Part shown: positions 36,097-46,590 of the stretch, piece after piece | How the letters are laid out: every line of letters starts with the position of its first letter | Numbering within the stretch: position 1 is the stretch's first letter | Source: Dehalococcoidia bacterium | Lineage (GTDB): Bacteria; Chloroflexota; Dehalococcoidia; JAUQQI01 | Length of the DNA: 64,000 nt | Assembly (NCBI GenBank): GCA_034434875.1 | Contig: DAOTYJ010000132.1 | Location: forward strand, 20,130 to 84,129 | Reading direction: 5' to 3' | Program-made: the position numbers and the translations under genes | Notes under the pieces: generated by a model | Databases searched by the model: none | What the model was told of the DNA's origin: nothing | The model's input: the letters and a program-made list of their open reading frames with translations, nothing else

Positions 36097-37581
36097 ATGG
36101 AAGTAGGCGACGAACTTTACCAGGCCCGGCTCGTAAAGCTGGAGCGGCTGCGGGCCCGGGGCATCGACCCCTACCCGCCCCGCTGGCGCCGCACCCACAC
36201 CGCCGCCGAGGCCCGGGCCCTTTTCGAGGCGGCCGAGGCCGGCCGGGCCTCGGCCCCCGCCCAGGTCCGGGTTGCCGGCCGGCTGGTGGGCCTCCGGGTG
36301 ATGGGCCGCCTCACCTTCGCCCACATCCAGGACGGCGCCGGCCGCCTTCAGCTGGCCTTTCGGCAGGATATCCTCGGGCCGGGGCGCTACGAGGTTCTTA
36401 AAGACCTGGACCTGGGGGATTTCGTCGGGGCGGCCGGCCCCCTTTTTCGGACCAGGACGGGGGAGATTACCGTCGAAGTGCACGACTTCGCCGTCCTGGC
36501 CAAGGCCCTGCGGCCCCTGCCGGAAAAGTGGCACGGCCTGGTCGACGTCGAAAAGCGCTACCGTCAGCGCTACCTGGACCTCATCGCCAACGAGCGGTCC
36601 CGCTGGGTTCTTAAGACCCGAAGCCGGATTGTGGCGGCCATCCGGGAGTTTCTGGACGGCCGGGGCTTTATCGAATTGGAGACCCCCGTCCTTCAGACCA
36701 GCGCCACCGGGGCCGCCGCCCGCCCCTTTGTAACCCACTACGAGGCCCTGGACCAGGACGTTTACCTGCGGATCTCCCTGGAGCTTTACTTAAAGCGGCT
36801 CGTCATCGGGGGTTTTGATAAGGTCTACGAGATCGGCCGGGTCTTCCGTAATGAGGGGCTCTCCACCAAGCACAACCCCGAATTTACCATGCTCGAAAGC
36901 TACGAAGCCTACGCCGACTACCAGGACGTGATGCGGCTGGTGGAAGAGCTGGTGACCTACGTGGCCGGGAAGGTTTTGGGGACCTTAAAAATAACCTTCG
37001 CCGGCCACGAAATCGACCTGACGCCCCCCTGGCGGCGAATAACCCTGCGGGAGGCCATCAGGGAGTTCACCGGCATCGACTTCGAAGAATATCCCGACGC
37101 CGAATCCCTGGCCGACCGGGCCGCCCGGCTGGGGCTTCGGGTCGACCCGGCCCGGGGCCGGGGCAAAATCATCGACCGGCTCCTGCAGGAGTTCGTCGAG
37201 CCGAGGCTCATCCAGCCCACCTTCGTCCTGGACTACCCGGTGGAGATGTCCCCCCTGGCCAAGCGCAAGCCGGAGAACCCCCGGCTGGTGGAGCGGTTTG
37301 AAGGCTTCGTCGGGGGTATGGAGGTGGCCAACGCCTACACCGAGCTTAACGACCCCGTGGACCAGCGGGAGCGCTTTTTAGAACAGCGCCGCCGGCTCCT
37401 GGCCGGGGATGAGGAGGCCGAACAGGTCGACGAGGATTTCCTGGTCGCCTTAGAGCACGGCATGCCCCCCACCGGCGGCCTCGGCATGGGCATCGACCGG
37501 CTGGTGATGCTCCTTACGGATAACCAGTCCATCCGGGAGGTGATCCCGTTCCCCCACCTCCGGCCCCTCCCGCCGGAATAG
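36097..37581 (+). CDS. lysS: Lysine--tRNA ligase (class II)
   Basis: 494 aa. N-terminal OB-fold anticodon-binding domain. Class II motifs (FRNEG, GGLGMGIDRLVM). Confidence 0.9.
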   Translation: MEVGDELYQARLVKLERLRARGIDPYPPRWRRTHTAAEARALFEAAEAGRASAPAQVRVAGRLVGLRVMGRLTFAHIQDGAGRLQLAFRQDILGPGRYEVLKDLDLGDFVGAAGPLFRTRTGEITVEVHDFAVLAKALRPLPEKWHGLVDVEKRYRQRYLDLIANERSRWVLKTRSRIVAAIREFLDGRGFIELETPVLQTSATGAAARPFVTHYEALDQDVYLRISLELYLKRLVIGGFDKVYEIGRVFRNEGLSTKHNPEFTMLESYEAYADYQDVMRLVEELVTYVAGKVLGTLKITFAGHEIDLTPPWRRITLREAIREFTGIDFEEYPDAESLADRAARLGLRVDPARGRGKIIDRLLQEFVEPRLIQPTFVLDYPVEMSPLAKRKPENPRLVERFEGFVGGMEVANAYTELNDPVDQRERFLEQRRRLLAGDEEAEQVDEDFLVALEHGMPPTGGLGMGIDRLVMLLTDNQSIREVIPFPHLRPLPPE

Positions 37582-37591
37582 GCCCCTTCTT

Positions 37592-39811
37592 ATGGCCGAA
37601 CACCCCCTCTACGTCGCCTTCCTCTGGCACATGCACCAGCCGGAGTACCGCAACGGCCTCACCGGGGAGGTAATCCTGCCCTGGACCCGGCTCCACGCCG
37701 CCAAGGACTATCTTCACATGGCCCGGCTGGCGGCCGAATTTCCCCGGCTTAAAGTGACCTTCAACCTGACGCCGGTTCTTATAAGCCAGCTGGAAGACTG
37801 CGCCGCCGGCCGGACCACCGACCGGGCCGAGGCCTTGAGCCTTAAGGACCCGGCGGAGCTTACCCCCGACGAAAAGCGGGAGATTTTACGCCTCTTTTTC
37901 AGCATCAACCCCGACCGGGTCATCCGCCGCTACCCCCGGTATGCCCGCCTCTTCGAGCTCAGGGCCGAGGCCGAAAAGGACCCGGACCTCTTCGGGCCGG
38001 CCTACTGGCGGGACCTCCAGGCCTGGTTCAACCTGGCCTGGGTCTCCCCCGACCAGGTCGAGGCCGACCCGGAGCTTTCGGCCCTGGTGGCCCGGGGCCG
38101 GGACTTCACCCCCGACGATATCCGGCTTATCCTGCGCAAGCACCGGGAGTTTGCCCGGCAGACCCTGCCCGCCTACCGCCGGCTTACCGAATCGGCCCAG
38201 GCCGAGGTCACCACTTCCCCCTTTTACCACCCCATTCTGCCCCTGCTTATCGACGGCACGTCGGCCCGGCGGGCCAGCCCGGGCCTTCCCCTGCCCGACC
38301 CGCCCCCGGCCTGGCCCGAGGACGCCTTTGAACAGCTCCGGCTGGCCGTGAGCTTGGCCGAACGCACCTTCGGCCGGCCGCCGGCCGGCCTCTGGCCCCC
38401 GGAGGGGGCCATCTCCGCCGAGACGGTGGGGCTGGCCGGCCGTTTTGAAAACTTTCGCTGGCTGGTCACCGACGAGGGCATCCTCACCCGGAGCCTGGGC
38501 GCCTGGGTGGAACGGGACGCCGACGGCAATCCCCTCAACCCCCAGGTCCTCTATCAGCCGTACCGGGTAAGGGCCGGCAACGGCCGGGCCCTGGCCGTAT
38601 TCTTCCGGGACCAGGTCCTTTCGGACCGGATCGGCTTCGTTTACCGCCACTTTTCGGGGGTGGATGCCGCCCGGGATTTTTACGGCCGGCTTAAGGTGAT
38701 CCGGCAGCGCCTGCCCAAGGACCGGCCCTTCGTGGTCACGATTGCTCTGGACGGCGAAAACTGCTGGGACGGCTACGAGGAGAACGGCAACCCCTTCCTG
38801 CGCACCCTTTACCGCCTCCTTACGGAGGACCCGGAGCTTAAGACCGTTACCTTTAGCGAGTACCTGGCCCATTTCCCGCCCGAAGTCGAGCTGGAGCGCC
38901 TCCACACCGGCAGCTGGATTGGGGCCCACCTGGAGACCTGGATTGGGGAGCCGGCCCAGAACCGGGCCTGGGAATACCTGGCCCGGACCCGCTCGGAATT
39001 TCTGCAGTTTCAGGCCGCCAACCCCGGCATGGACCACGAGCTGCTGGCGGCCGCCTGGCGGTCGATATATACCGCCGAGGGCAGCGACTGGTTCTGGTGG
39101 TACTATTCCCGCCACGACCCCGGCCCCGAGAACCCCTTCGACCAGGCCTTTCGGTCCCACCTGGCCAACGTTTACCTGGTCACCGGCCGGCCCGCCCCGG
39201 GCTGGCTCCTGGAACCCATCCGGCCGGAGCCGGCCCGGCCCCCCGCCCGGCCGCCCCAGGGCCAGGTCAGCCCGCCCCTGGACGCCGACCCGGCCGGGAA
39301 CGGCTGGTCTGATGCCGGGTGGGTGGAGCCCCCCATCGAGGCCACCACCATGCGGCCCGCCCTGGTGGTCTTTCGCCGGGTCCTCTACGGGTACGACCGG
39401 GCGAACCTTTACCTGCGGGTCGAGGGCCACCGGCCGGTGGACGAATACGGCTTCTCGGCCCTGCTGCGGTTTCCCCACCGGCCCCAGACCCGCCGCCTCA
39501 GGACGGGCCTCCCGGTGGACTGGCCGGGCCTGCCGGCCGGGGTGGGTTTCTCGGCCGAGGTGGCGGTGGAGCCCCTGAGCGGCGAGGCCGTCCTCTTTCT
39601 GGCCGAAGGGGACGGCCACTGGCGGCGGGTCGAGGCCGAGGTCGGCCTGGCCGTGGGACCCCGGGTGGTCGAGTTGCGCCTGCCCCTGAGCGGCCTCGGC
39701 CTGGGTCCGGGCGACCGCCTCGAACTCCTCTTTCTGGCCCGCAAGGGCCCCTTCCCCCTGGAGGTTCTGCCGGCCTCGGGCCTGCTGGCCGTCGAGCTCC
39801 GGCCCTTTTAG
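37592..39811 (+). CDS. Glycoside hydrolase family 57 protein (alpha-amylase / 4-alpha-glucanotransferase / branching-enzyme type) with C-terminal extension
   Basis: GH57 N-terminal signature (FLWHMHQPEYR). Catalytic region with a conserved Glu/Asp framework. 739 aa. Confidence 0.8.
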   Translation: MAEHPLYVAFLWHMHQPEYRNGLTGEVILPWTRLHAAKDYLHMARLAAEFPRLKVTFNLTPVLISQLEDCAAGRTTDRAEALSLKDPAELTPDEKREILRLFFSINPDRVIRRYPRYARLFELRAEAEKDPDLFGPAYWRDLQAWFNLAWVSPDQVEADPELSALVARGRDFTPDDIRLILRKHREFARQTLPAYRRLTESAQAEVTTSPFYHPILPLLIDGTSARRASPGLPLPDPPPAWPEDAFEQLRLAVSLAERTFGRPPAGLWPPEGAISAETVGLAGRFENFRWLVTDEGILTRSLGAWVERDADGNPLNPQVLYQPYRVRAGNGRALAVFFRDQVLSDRIGFVYRHFSGVDAARDFYGRLKVIRQRLPKDRPFVVTIALDGENCWDGYEENGNPFLRTLYRLLTEDPELKTVTFSEYLAHFPPEVELERLHTGSWIGAHLETWIGEPAQNRAWEYLARTRSEFLQFQAANPGMDHELLAAAWRSIYTAEGSDWFWWYYSRHDPGPENPFDQAFRSHLANVYLVTGRPAPGWLLEPIRPEPARPPARPPQGQVSPPLDADPAGNGWSDAGWVEPPIEATTMRPALVVFRRVLYGYDRANLYLRVEGHRPVDEYGFSALLRFPHRPQTRRLRTGLPVDWPGLPAGVGFSAEVAVEPLSGEAVLFLAEGDGHWRRVEAEVGLAVGPRVVELRLPLSGLGLGPGDRLELLFLARKGPFPLEVLPASGLLAVELRPF

Positions 39812-41199
39812 GCCCCCGAGGCCGGCCCGACCTGTTCGGAGTAGTCGACGACGGCGACGGTCGCCCCGGGCCCGTGAATCTGGCGGGCGGCCCCCAGGGC
39901 GGCCTCCACCGACCTAAAGGCCTTAAAGCCGAGGCGTTCGGGAACCTTGGGGTCCACCGCCCCGGCCACGAAGACCCGCCCGGCGTGGCGCAGCCGCCGC
40001 AGGGGGTGGGTGGCCAGCAGGCTGTGGACGGGGTGAAAGGCAAAGCCGAACCGGTATTTTTCGATGTAACCGGGGTGGGCGGCGAACTCGGCCTCAAACC
40101 GGCCCATAATCTCGTAAGGGTCCAGGGTCTGGGGAAGCACCCGGTCCCAGACCTCCTTATAGGCTGGGTGGTGCTCCAGGTCCCACCCGTCGGGGCAGGG
40201 GGTGGCCATAATCACCGTGCAGCCCGGCTTGCCGACGGCCTCGATGTAGCCGCCCAGGTAGCCCAGCCCGCTGGAGACCAGGGTTAGGATGGGATTCGGC
40301 CGGGCAAAGACCGCATAGGGGCTGCTGTCCGGAACCCCGTAGACCAGGATCTCCGCCGGCTCCGGGAGGGCCGACCGCCGGGGCGGGAGCCGGGCGGCCA
40401 GGGTCTCCAGGGCCGCCTGCCGGGTCTCCCGGACCCCGCCGGCCCAGACGGCCGCCGCCTCCGTGGGGCTGGCCCGGAGCATCTCGATTTTAAAGACCCG
40501 TCGGCCGAGGCGGGCCTCTAAATGTTCCCCCATCTCGTCCAGAATCCGGTGCATCCGGTTGTTGCGGATGGACATGGACATCCCGTCGGGGGTGTGGGTC
40601 CAGCGGATGGAACGCCAGGTGCTCAGGCCCACGCACACCGACTTCCAGCCCCCGTTAAAACCCAGGTTGTAGCCGGTGTTTAGATAAACCGTCAGGTCGG
40701 ATTCGGCCACCGCCCGGTGGACCTCCACGTCGTAGCCGGCGGGGGTTTTGCCCAGGTAGACTAGGTTTTCGGGGTCCTCGGCGTCGTGGCAGGAGAGCCT
40801 CTCCCCCAGGCCCCCGACCAGCTCCGCCCCGATGGTGGCGGCCAGCTCGGCCCGGTTGAACTTGCGGTGAAGGGCGTTGGCCACCACCGCCCGGATGTTT
40901 TCCGGCCGGACCCCGGCGTCCGCCAGGCTCTCCAGGACGGTTTTAAGGGCGACTTCCCGGATGGGTCCCCGGGCCGGGGAGCAGGGGTCGTCGAAGGCGA
41001 CGAGCACCCGGGCGGCCGGACCCACCAGCTCCTTCAGGGGCGGGCGGCCCAGGGGCCGGCTCAGGGCCCCTTCCAGGGCCGCCCGGAAGTCGGCGAGGGG
41101 TTCGAGGCGGGCCTGGGCCGGCCGGATCATCGGGGCGTCTTCGGGAAGCTCCACCGGAATCTTTTCGGTCCCGAACGGCAGGGTCAGAATCCTGGTCAT
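39808..41199 (-). CDS. LarA-family (lactate racemase-like, DUF2088) nickel-pincer-cofactor-dependent enzyme homolog
   Basis: 463 aa with the LarA N-terminal domain layout and conserved His/Lys positions. No larB/larC/larE genes in the window. Confidence 0.65.
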   Translation of the reverse strand: MTRILTLPFGTEKIPVELPEDAPMIRPAQARLEPLADFRAALEGALSRPLGRPPLKELVGPAARVLVAFDDPCSPARGPIREVALKTVLESLADAGVRPENIRAVVANALHRKFNRAELAATIGAELVGGLGERLSCHDAEDPENLVYLGKTPAGYDVEVHRAVAESDLTVYLNTGYNLGFNGGWKSVCVGLSTWRSIRWTHTPDGMSMSIRNNRMHRILDEMGEHLEARLGRRVFKIEMLRASPTEAAAVWAGGVRETRQAALETLAARLPPRRSALPEPAEILVYGVPDSSPYAVFARPNPILTLVSSGLGYLGGYIEAVGKPGCTVIMATPCPDGWDLEHHPAYKEVWDRVLPQTLDPYEIMGRFEAEFAAHPGYIEKYRFGFAFHPVHSLLATHPLRRLRHAGRVFVAGAVDPKVPERLGFKAFRSVEAALGAARQIHGPGATVAVVDYSEQVGPASGA

Positions 41200-43565
41200 G
41201 GCGACCTCCCCGCAACCATAAACTCATCCTTGGGCTGAAGGTCCCGGTTTATATCCGTTATACCGGACCGGTCAAATTCGGGCCCGATGAAGGCCGGCGG
41301 ATAGGTGTCTAAAAGCCAGCGGAGGCCGCCGGGGATATCCAGGCCCGAATCCCGGTAACGGCCCACCACGAAGGGGTCCGCCAGCCGGCGCCAGATGGCC
41401 TCCCGGTCGACCACGATGGGCTCGTTGCTCCCCACCAGGATGATGCCGAAGCTCACCACGTAGGGGAAGGCCTTTACGAAGGTGTCGTGGGTGCGCAGGG
41501 TCGGCACCCAGGTGACCGCCAGGCCCCCGGGCTTGAGCCGTTCCCGCATCAGGGTGAAGTACTCCAGGGAGTAGAGGTTTCCGGCGTAGGCGCTGTTGGG
41601 CCGGAGGGCATCGGCCTCGATGATGTCGAACTTCCGGTCGGTGCGGGCCAGGTAGGTTCGGCCGTCCCCGACCACCAGCTCGATGCGGGGGTCGGCCCAG
41701 AGCAGCCGGAGGGGCCGGTAAGGCTGGCGGGCGGCCAGGGCCCGGAGGGCCTCCGGCTGGGAGGCGACGATCTCGATGCAGGTCACCCGGGTGGTCTCGG
41801 GCCGGCTGGCGATGTTGAACAGGGTATCCCCCGACCCGAGGCCGATGACGGCGACCTCTTTGGGGTTCGGGTGGAGCACGGCCGGCAGTATTCCCAGGAG
41901 GGTGTGGGTTCCGCCGAAGGGTACCCAGCTCTCCCCCCGGCCGTTGGCGAAAATGAACGAGCGGCCGCCGAAATCCGGCCGCTCGTTTTTTATCAAGGAG
42001 AGGCCGGAGCCGTCCTCAAAAAAGATTACCCGGTCCGGGGTGGTGCCGTGGAGCTTGGCCCAGAGGAGGTCGGCCCGGGGCCCGCCCAGCAGGGCCGCCG
42101 CCCAGAGGCCCAGGGCCGGGAGGGCCCAGGCGGCCCGCCGGGCCGGGGACCCGGCGAGGCCGGCGGCCAGGAGCAGAAGGCCGCCGCTTAAGACCACCAG
42201 GAGCCGCAGGGTCTCGGCCGTTCCCAGCACCCCCAGCAGGACGGCGCCGGTGGCCACCGTGCCGCCCAGGCTGCCGGCGATGTTGGCCGTTTGGAGCCAG
42301 CCCACCCGCCGGCCGACCTTTTCGGCGTCGGTCTGGGTCGCCTTCTGCAGGAAGGGGAAACTGAGGCCCATCAGGAAGGTCGGGGGGCCGACGACGGCCG
42401 CCGGCAGCAGAAAATATATTCCCAGAAACTTCACGGTCAGGCGATCCGCGGCCGGGTCGAAGGGGGCGACACCCCGCAGGTATTCCCGCAGGTTGGCCAA
42501 GGCCTGCCCGACGTCCAGGGGCTCGTACTCCCCGAAGTAGCCCCAGAGGGGGGCCAGGGCGGGCACCCGGTCGACGGCCCCCACCAGCAGGGCCAGGGAT
42601 GCCAGGGCGTAGGCCCCGACAGCGGCCTCCAGCACAAGGAAAGTTCGGGCCGGATTCCGGCTCCGGCCCACCAGGCCGATGCCGGCCAGGGTTCCCAGGG
42701 CAAGGCCCCCCAGGTAGACCCCCAGGAGGGTGCCGAAGGTGAAGGCGGTGGCTTTGAGCATGGTGCTGAGCAGCCGAAACCAGAGGATTTCCAGGGAGAG
42801 GTTTATAAACCCCGTCAGGCCGTAGACGGCGGCCCAGGCCCCAAAGCCGAGGCCGGGCCCGGACCGGCCGGGGTCTGCGGCCGGCGCCGGCCGTGGGGCC
42901 CGGGAGGGGGGCGGGGCCGCCAGGAGGCCGAGGGGGATGGCGGTGGCGGCGCAGGCGAGGTTGAGGGCGGCCCCGAGGTGGAGGGCCGCCTCGAAGTCCA
43001 TCCGGCGCAGGATAAACCAGGTGGTAACCAGGGCCCCCGCCGCCGCCCCGAAGGTGTTCACCCCGTAGAGGGCGCCGATGGTTCCGGGGGCGGCCTCCAG
43101 GGTGGAGGCCAGGGCCCGGGAGAGGAGGGGCAAAGACATCCCCATAAAGAAGGTGGGAAAGAGCATGCTTAAAAAGAGCACCACCCCCAGGCTGAAAAGG
43201 TCCCGGGCCAGGTAGCCGTGCTGGACATAAAGACGGTCATAGTAAAACCCCTTGCTCAGCAGGGCAAAGACCCCCACCGAAAGCTCGGCCAGGCCGAAGA
43301 GGGCCAGCGCCCGGTTCCGGGGCAGGCGGTCGGCGATGTAGCCCCCGGCCAGGCTGCCGCAGCCCAGGCCGGCCATGAAGGCGGCCACGGTCACCGTTAC
43401 CGAGTAGACGTCGGCCCCGGAGAAGAAAACCAGCATCCGCTGCCAGACCACCTGGTAAAGGAGGGCCGCAAACCCCGAGAGGAAAAAGGCGGCCAGGGCG
43501 GCCGGCAGGGCCAGGCGGCCGCTAACGGCCGGGGAGACGCCGGCCGTTACCCCCGCCGTCTTCAC
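41196..43565 (-). CDS. Fused MFS-like membrane domain + spermidine/spermine synthase-like (aminopropyltransferase fold) protein
   Basis: 789 aa protein. ~12 TM N-terminal domain. C-terminal Rossmann MTase-like spermidine synthase fold (VAVIGLGSGDT...DIIEADA). Confidence 0.7.
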   Translation of the reverse strand: MKTAGVTAGVSPAVSGRLALPAALAAFFLSGFAALLYQVVWQRMLVFFSGADVYSVTVTVAAFMAGLGCGSLAGGYIADRLPRNRALALFGLAELSVGVFALLSKGFYYDRLYVQHGYLARDLFSLGVVLFLSMLFPTFFMGMSLPLLSRALASTLEAAPGTIGALYGVNTFGAAAGALVTTWFILRRMDFEAALHLGAALNLACAATAIPLGLLAAPPPSRAPRPAPAADPGRSGPGLGFGAWAAVYGLTGFINLSLEILWFRLLSTMLKATAFTFGTLLGVYLGGLALGTLAGIGLVGRSRNPARTFLVLEAAVGAYALASLALLVGAVDRVPALAPLWGYFGEYEPLDVGQALANLREYLRGVAPFDPAADRLTVKFLGIYFLLPAAVVGPPTFLMGLSFPFLQKATQTDAEKVGRRVGWLQTANIAGSLGGTVATGAVLLGVLGTAETLRLLVVLSGGLLLLAAGLAGSPARRAAWALPALGLWAAALLGGPRADLLWAKLHGTTPDRVIFFEDGSGLSLIKNERPDFGGRSFIFANGRGESWVPFGGTHTLLGILPAVLHPNPKEVAVIGLGSGDTLFNIASRPETTRVTCIEIVASQPEALRALAARQPYRPLRLLWADPRIELVVGDGRTYLARTDRKFDIIEADALRPNSAYAGNLYSLEYFTLMRERLKPGGLAVTWVPTLRTHDTFVKAFPYVVSFGIILVGSNEPIVVDREAIWRRLADPFVVGRYRDSGLDIPGGLRWLLDTYPPAFIGPEFDRSGITDINRDLQPKDEFMVAGRSP

Positions 43566-46500
43566 CGAAGCCTCCGCAACCCCCAGGCCGCCAGCCGGCC
43601 GAAAACCCCCAGCCGAAGCTCCAAAAGCAGGAGGGCCAGGCTGGCCGCGCCGGCCGAGGTGATAACGTAGCCCCGCCGGAAGCTTTCCGGGAGATAACGG
43701 AACTCCACCTGGTGGACCCCCGGCGGAACCCGGACGGCCCGGAAGATGTAATTGGCCCGGTAAATCCGGGCCGGCACCCCGTCCACGGTGGCCGCCCAGC
43801 CGGGATAGTAGCTGTCGGCCAGGACCAGGTAGGCCCAGTAAGGGGTCGAAACCTCGAGGCGGAGGCGCTCCGGCTCATCGACCAGCCAGCGGACGGCGCC
43901 CGGCTGGTCCCGGTTCGGGGCGGCCTCCAGCCGCAGGGAATCGACCAGGTATTCGGGCGGGGCCTCCGGGGCCTCGAACACCACCATCCGGGCCGGGTCG
44001 TAGGGGCCGCCCTGCATAAAGGCCAGCACGTCGGACCCCGGCGGGAGCACCACCGACTGCCCGGCCAAAAAGGCCCGGGGTAGCGCCCAGGTATTTTCCA
44101 GGATGATGCCGTCGTCGCCCCGCCGGATGATGTTGAACCGCTCCCGGTTTAAGGGGTCCAGGTTGTAGACCTCGCCCCGGCGGTAGCTCACCAGGCTGAG
44201 GCCGTAAAACTGCAGGGTCGCCCCCGTGGTGAGGCTCTTAAGCTGGACCCGGGCCACGGGGAAGGGTCGGGGGAGGGCAAACTTGGCCAGGTAGGCGTTG
44301 GCCTCGAAGCCGACGGTCTTCCACTGGGCCGCCACCATGGGCCTGGCGTGTTTGACCACCGGCCGGACGTCGGCCCGGTCGTAGGCCCATTCGGCGGTGT
44401 GGACCCCGGCCAGCAGCCGGAACTCGGCCCGCTCCCCGCCGGGGCCGATGAGGACCACCTCCCCCACGGGGGTTCCCTGCCCCACGTTGAGGCTGTTCTG
44501 CAGCAGGGAGATCACCCTGACCTCTTCGGCCTCAAAAACCGGCGAAACCCGGAATCCGGCGGCGGAGGCCGCGCCCCCGGCCGCGGCGCTCAGCAGCGGC
44601 CGGGTCGGGTCGTAGGCGGTAAGCTCCGCCGAGGGGAGGGGCACGTACCGGCCCCGGCGGACCACATACTTGACGGCGGCCGCATCCAGCAGGGGACCCT
44701 CCACCCAGCCGGCGGCCGCAATAAAGCTTAAATGGCGGGCGTAAACCAGGGATGTGTAGCCGTTGAGGTCACTTAAGCCCAGGGGCAGGAGGGTGTTGGG
44801 CTCGAGGCCGGCCCCGGGCAGGGTGAAGACCCGGTCGCCGGGGCCGGCCAGCCTTTTCAGCTCGGCGGCCAGGGGCCGGGGGGCGGCCAGCTCCCTTAAG
44901 GGCATGGCCGGGTGGAAGGGGCGGCCGGCCAGGATCAGCTCGGCGGCGACGATTACCGGCACGGCCCCCAGGACGACCCCCCGGCCCCGGCGGAGGCTTA
45001 GGGCCAGGGCCGCGGCCAGCAGGGTCAGGCCGACCCAGACGGCGGCCGCCTGGAACCAGAAGTTGTCGGGGGAAAGGCTTGCCCGCAACCCCTCGTAGAC
45101 CCGCTCCTCGGTCAGGGCCCGGGCCGGCAGCCGCCCCATCCGGGGCAGGGAAAGGTAATAATCCACCCACTCGGCCACCCAGCCGGCCTTCCGGACCACG
45201 TCGGCGGCGGCCTGCCGGAGAAGTTCCTGCCCGGCCCAGAGGCCGGCCGCCCAGAGGCCCACCCAGGCCAGCAGGAGCCGGCGCCGCCAGCCGGCGGCGG
45301 CAAGGATGGCCTGGACGCCGAGGCCGGCCAGGGCGGCCATCCCCAGGGCGAAAAGCAGGCTGAACCGGCCGGGGGCCCGGATCAGGTTATAAGGGTAAAC
45401 CTGCCAGAGCCAGAAGTGGACGTTTACCGGGGCGTAATAGGCCAGGGCGACCAGCAGTCCGCCCAGCCCGACCCCGGCCAGGGGGATGGCCGTCCGCCAG
45501 GGTCCGAAAATCAGGCCGGTGAGGCCCAGGAAAATCACGGCCGTGCCGACGTAGACGGCCGTCTCCCAGGGGGACCAGAGGGACCAGTCGAAGCCGTCAG
45601 GTGTCCGGAAAAAGTAGGGGTTAACCAGGGTCCAGAGGTGGGGCGGGGCGACGGCATGGCGGCCGGCCAGTTCGTAGCTTAGGCCGGTCGCCCGGGCCGA
45701 GAAGGTGCCCAGCTCGTGGAGGGGCAGGAGCTGGACCGCCCCAATCACCCCCCCTATGAGGGGGACGCCCAGGAGGATGCCCAGCCCGAGGCCGAGCCGA
45801 CCGGCCGCCGCGGCCAGGGTTTGGCCCGGGGTCCGGGCGGGGAGCCCGAGGCCGGCCGCCGGGCCTAAGAGGAGCCGGCCCGCCACGTAGACGGCGAGGC
45901 CAAAGCCCGTCATCATCGGCACCTGGACGTGGACGGTAAGACATTGAAGCCCGAAGGCCACCCCGGCCCCGACGATGGCGGCCAGCCGGGACCGGCCCCG
46001 CCGCCGGAGGGCGGCCTCGGCCAGGGCGAAGACCAGGGGCGCCCAGGCCAGGCCGGTCAGGATGTTGAGGTGGTGAGCCTGGGCCACCGTAAAGCCGGAA
46101 AGCATATAAGCGCAGGCCGAGGCCACGGCCCCAAGCCGGCCCAGGCCCAGGGTGCGGCCGAAGGCGTACATGGTCAGGCCGGCGAGGACCAGGTGGGCGG
46201 CCACCAGGGCGGTGAAAAGCTCGGCAGGCCCGAGCAGGAGGGCCCCGAAGAAGACCGGCGGGTAGAAGGCCCCCACCTCCCCGTCGGCGAAGAGGGGGTA
46301 TCCCCCGAGGATGTGGGGGGTCCAGAGGGGAAGCTCAAACTCCCGCAGCCGGCCGTGGATGGCCGCCAGGACCGGGTAGTAAAAGACGACCGTATCCCGC
46401 TCGTGGTAAACCAGCCCGGCCCGCAAAAGGGGTCCGAGGAAGGCAAGGCCGGCGGCCACCACTCCGGCCGCGGCCAGAAACTCCGCCGCCGGGCCGGCCC

Positions 46501-46573
46501 ACCGCCGCCGCAGCTCTCCGGCCCCAACCCCAAGACCCCGCAGGCTCAGCCCCGCAACTCTGGCTGCCGCCAT
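43562..46573 (-). CDS. YfhO-family large membrane protein (putative membrane glycosyltransferase)
   Basis: Many TM helices with large extracytoplasmic regions. Start taken as ATG 46573 (MAAARVAG), because the longer track ORF overlaps yvcK by 192 nt. Confidence 0.65.
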   Translation of the reverse strand: MAAARVAGLSLRGLGVGAGELRRRWAGPAAEFLAAAGVVAAGLAFLGPLLRAGLVYHERDTVVFYYPVLAAIHGRLREFELPLWTPHILGGYPLFADGEVGAFYPPVFFGALLLGPAELFTALVAAHLVLAGLTMYAFGRTLGLGRLGAVASACAYMLSGFTVAQAHHLNILTGLAWAPLVFALAEAALRRRGRSRLAAIVGAGVAFGLQCLTVHVQVPMMTGFGLAVYVAGRLLLGPAAGLGLPARTPGQTLAAAAGRLGLGLGILLGVPLIGGVIGAVQLLPLHELGTFSARATGLSYELAGRHAVAPPHLWTLVNPYFFRTPDGFDWSLWSPWETAVYVGTAVIFLGLTGLIFGPWRTAIPLAGVGLGGLLVALAYYAPVNVHFWLWQVYPYNLIRAPGRFSLLFALGMAALAGLGVQAILAAAGWRRRLLLAWVGLWAAGLWAGQELLRQAAADVVRKAGWVAEWVDYYLSLPRMGRLPARALTEERVYEGLRASLSPDNFWFQAAAVWVGLTLLAAALALSLRRGRGVVLGAVPVIVAAELILAGRPFHPAMPLRELAAPRPLAAELKRLAGPGDRVFTLPGAGLEPNTLLPLGLSDLNGYTSLVYARHLSFIAAAGWVEGPLLDAAAVKYVVRRGRYVPLPSAELTAYDPTRPLLSAAAGGAASAAGFRVSPVFEAEEVRVISLLQNSLNVGQGTPVGEVVLIGPGGERAEFRLLAGVHTAEWAYDRADVRPVVKHARPMVAAQWKTVGFEANAYLAKFALPRPFPVARVQLKSLTTGATLQFYGLSLVSYRRGEVYNLDPLNRERFNIIRRGDDGIILENTWALPRAFLAGQSVVLPPGSDVLAFMQGGPYDPARMVVFEAPEAPPEYLVDSLRLEAAPNRDQPGAVRWLVDEPERLRLEVSTPYWAYLVLADSYYPGWAATVDGVPARIYRANYIFRAVRVPPGVHQVEFRYLPESFRRGYVITSAGAASLALLLLELRLGVFGRLAAWGLRRLR

Positions 46574-46590
46574 GGTGTTCCGAGAGGCCT

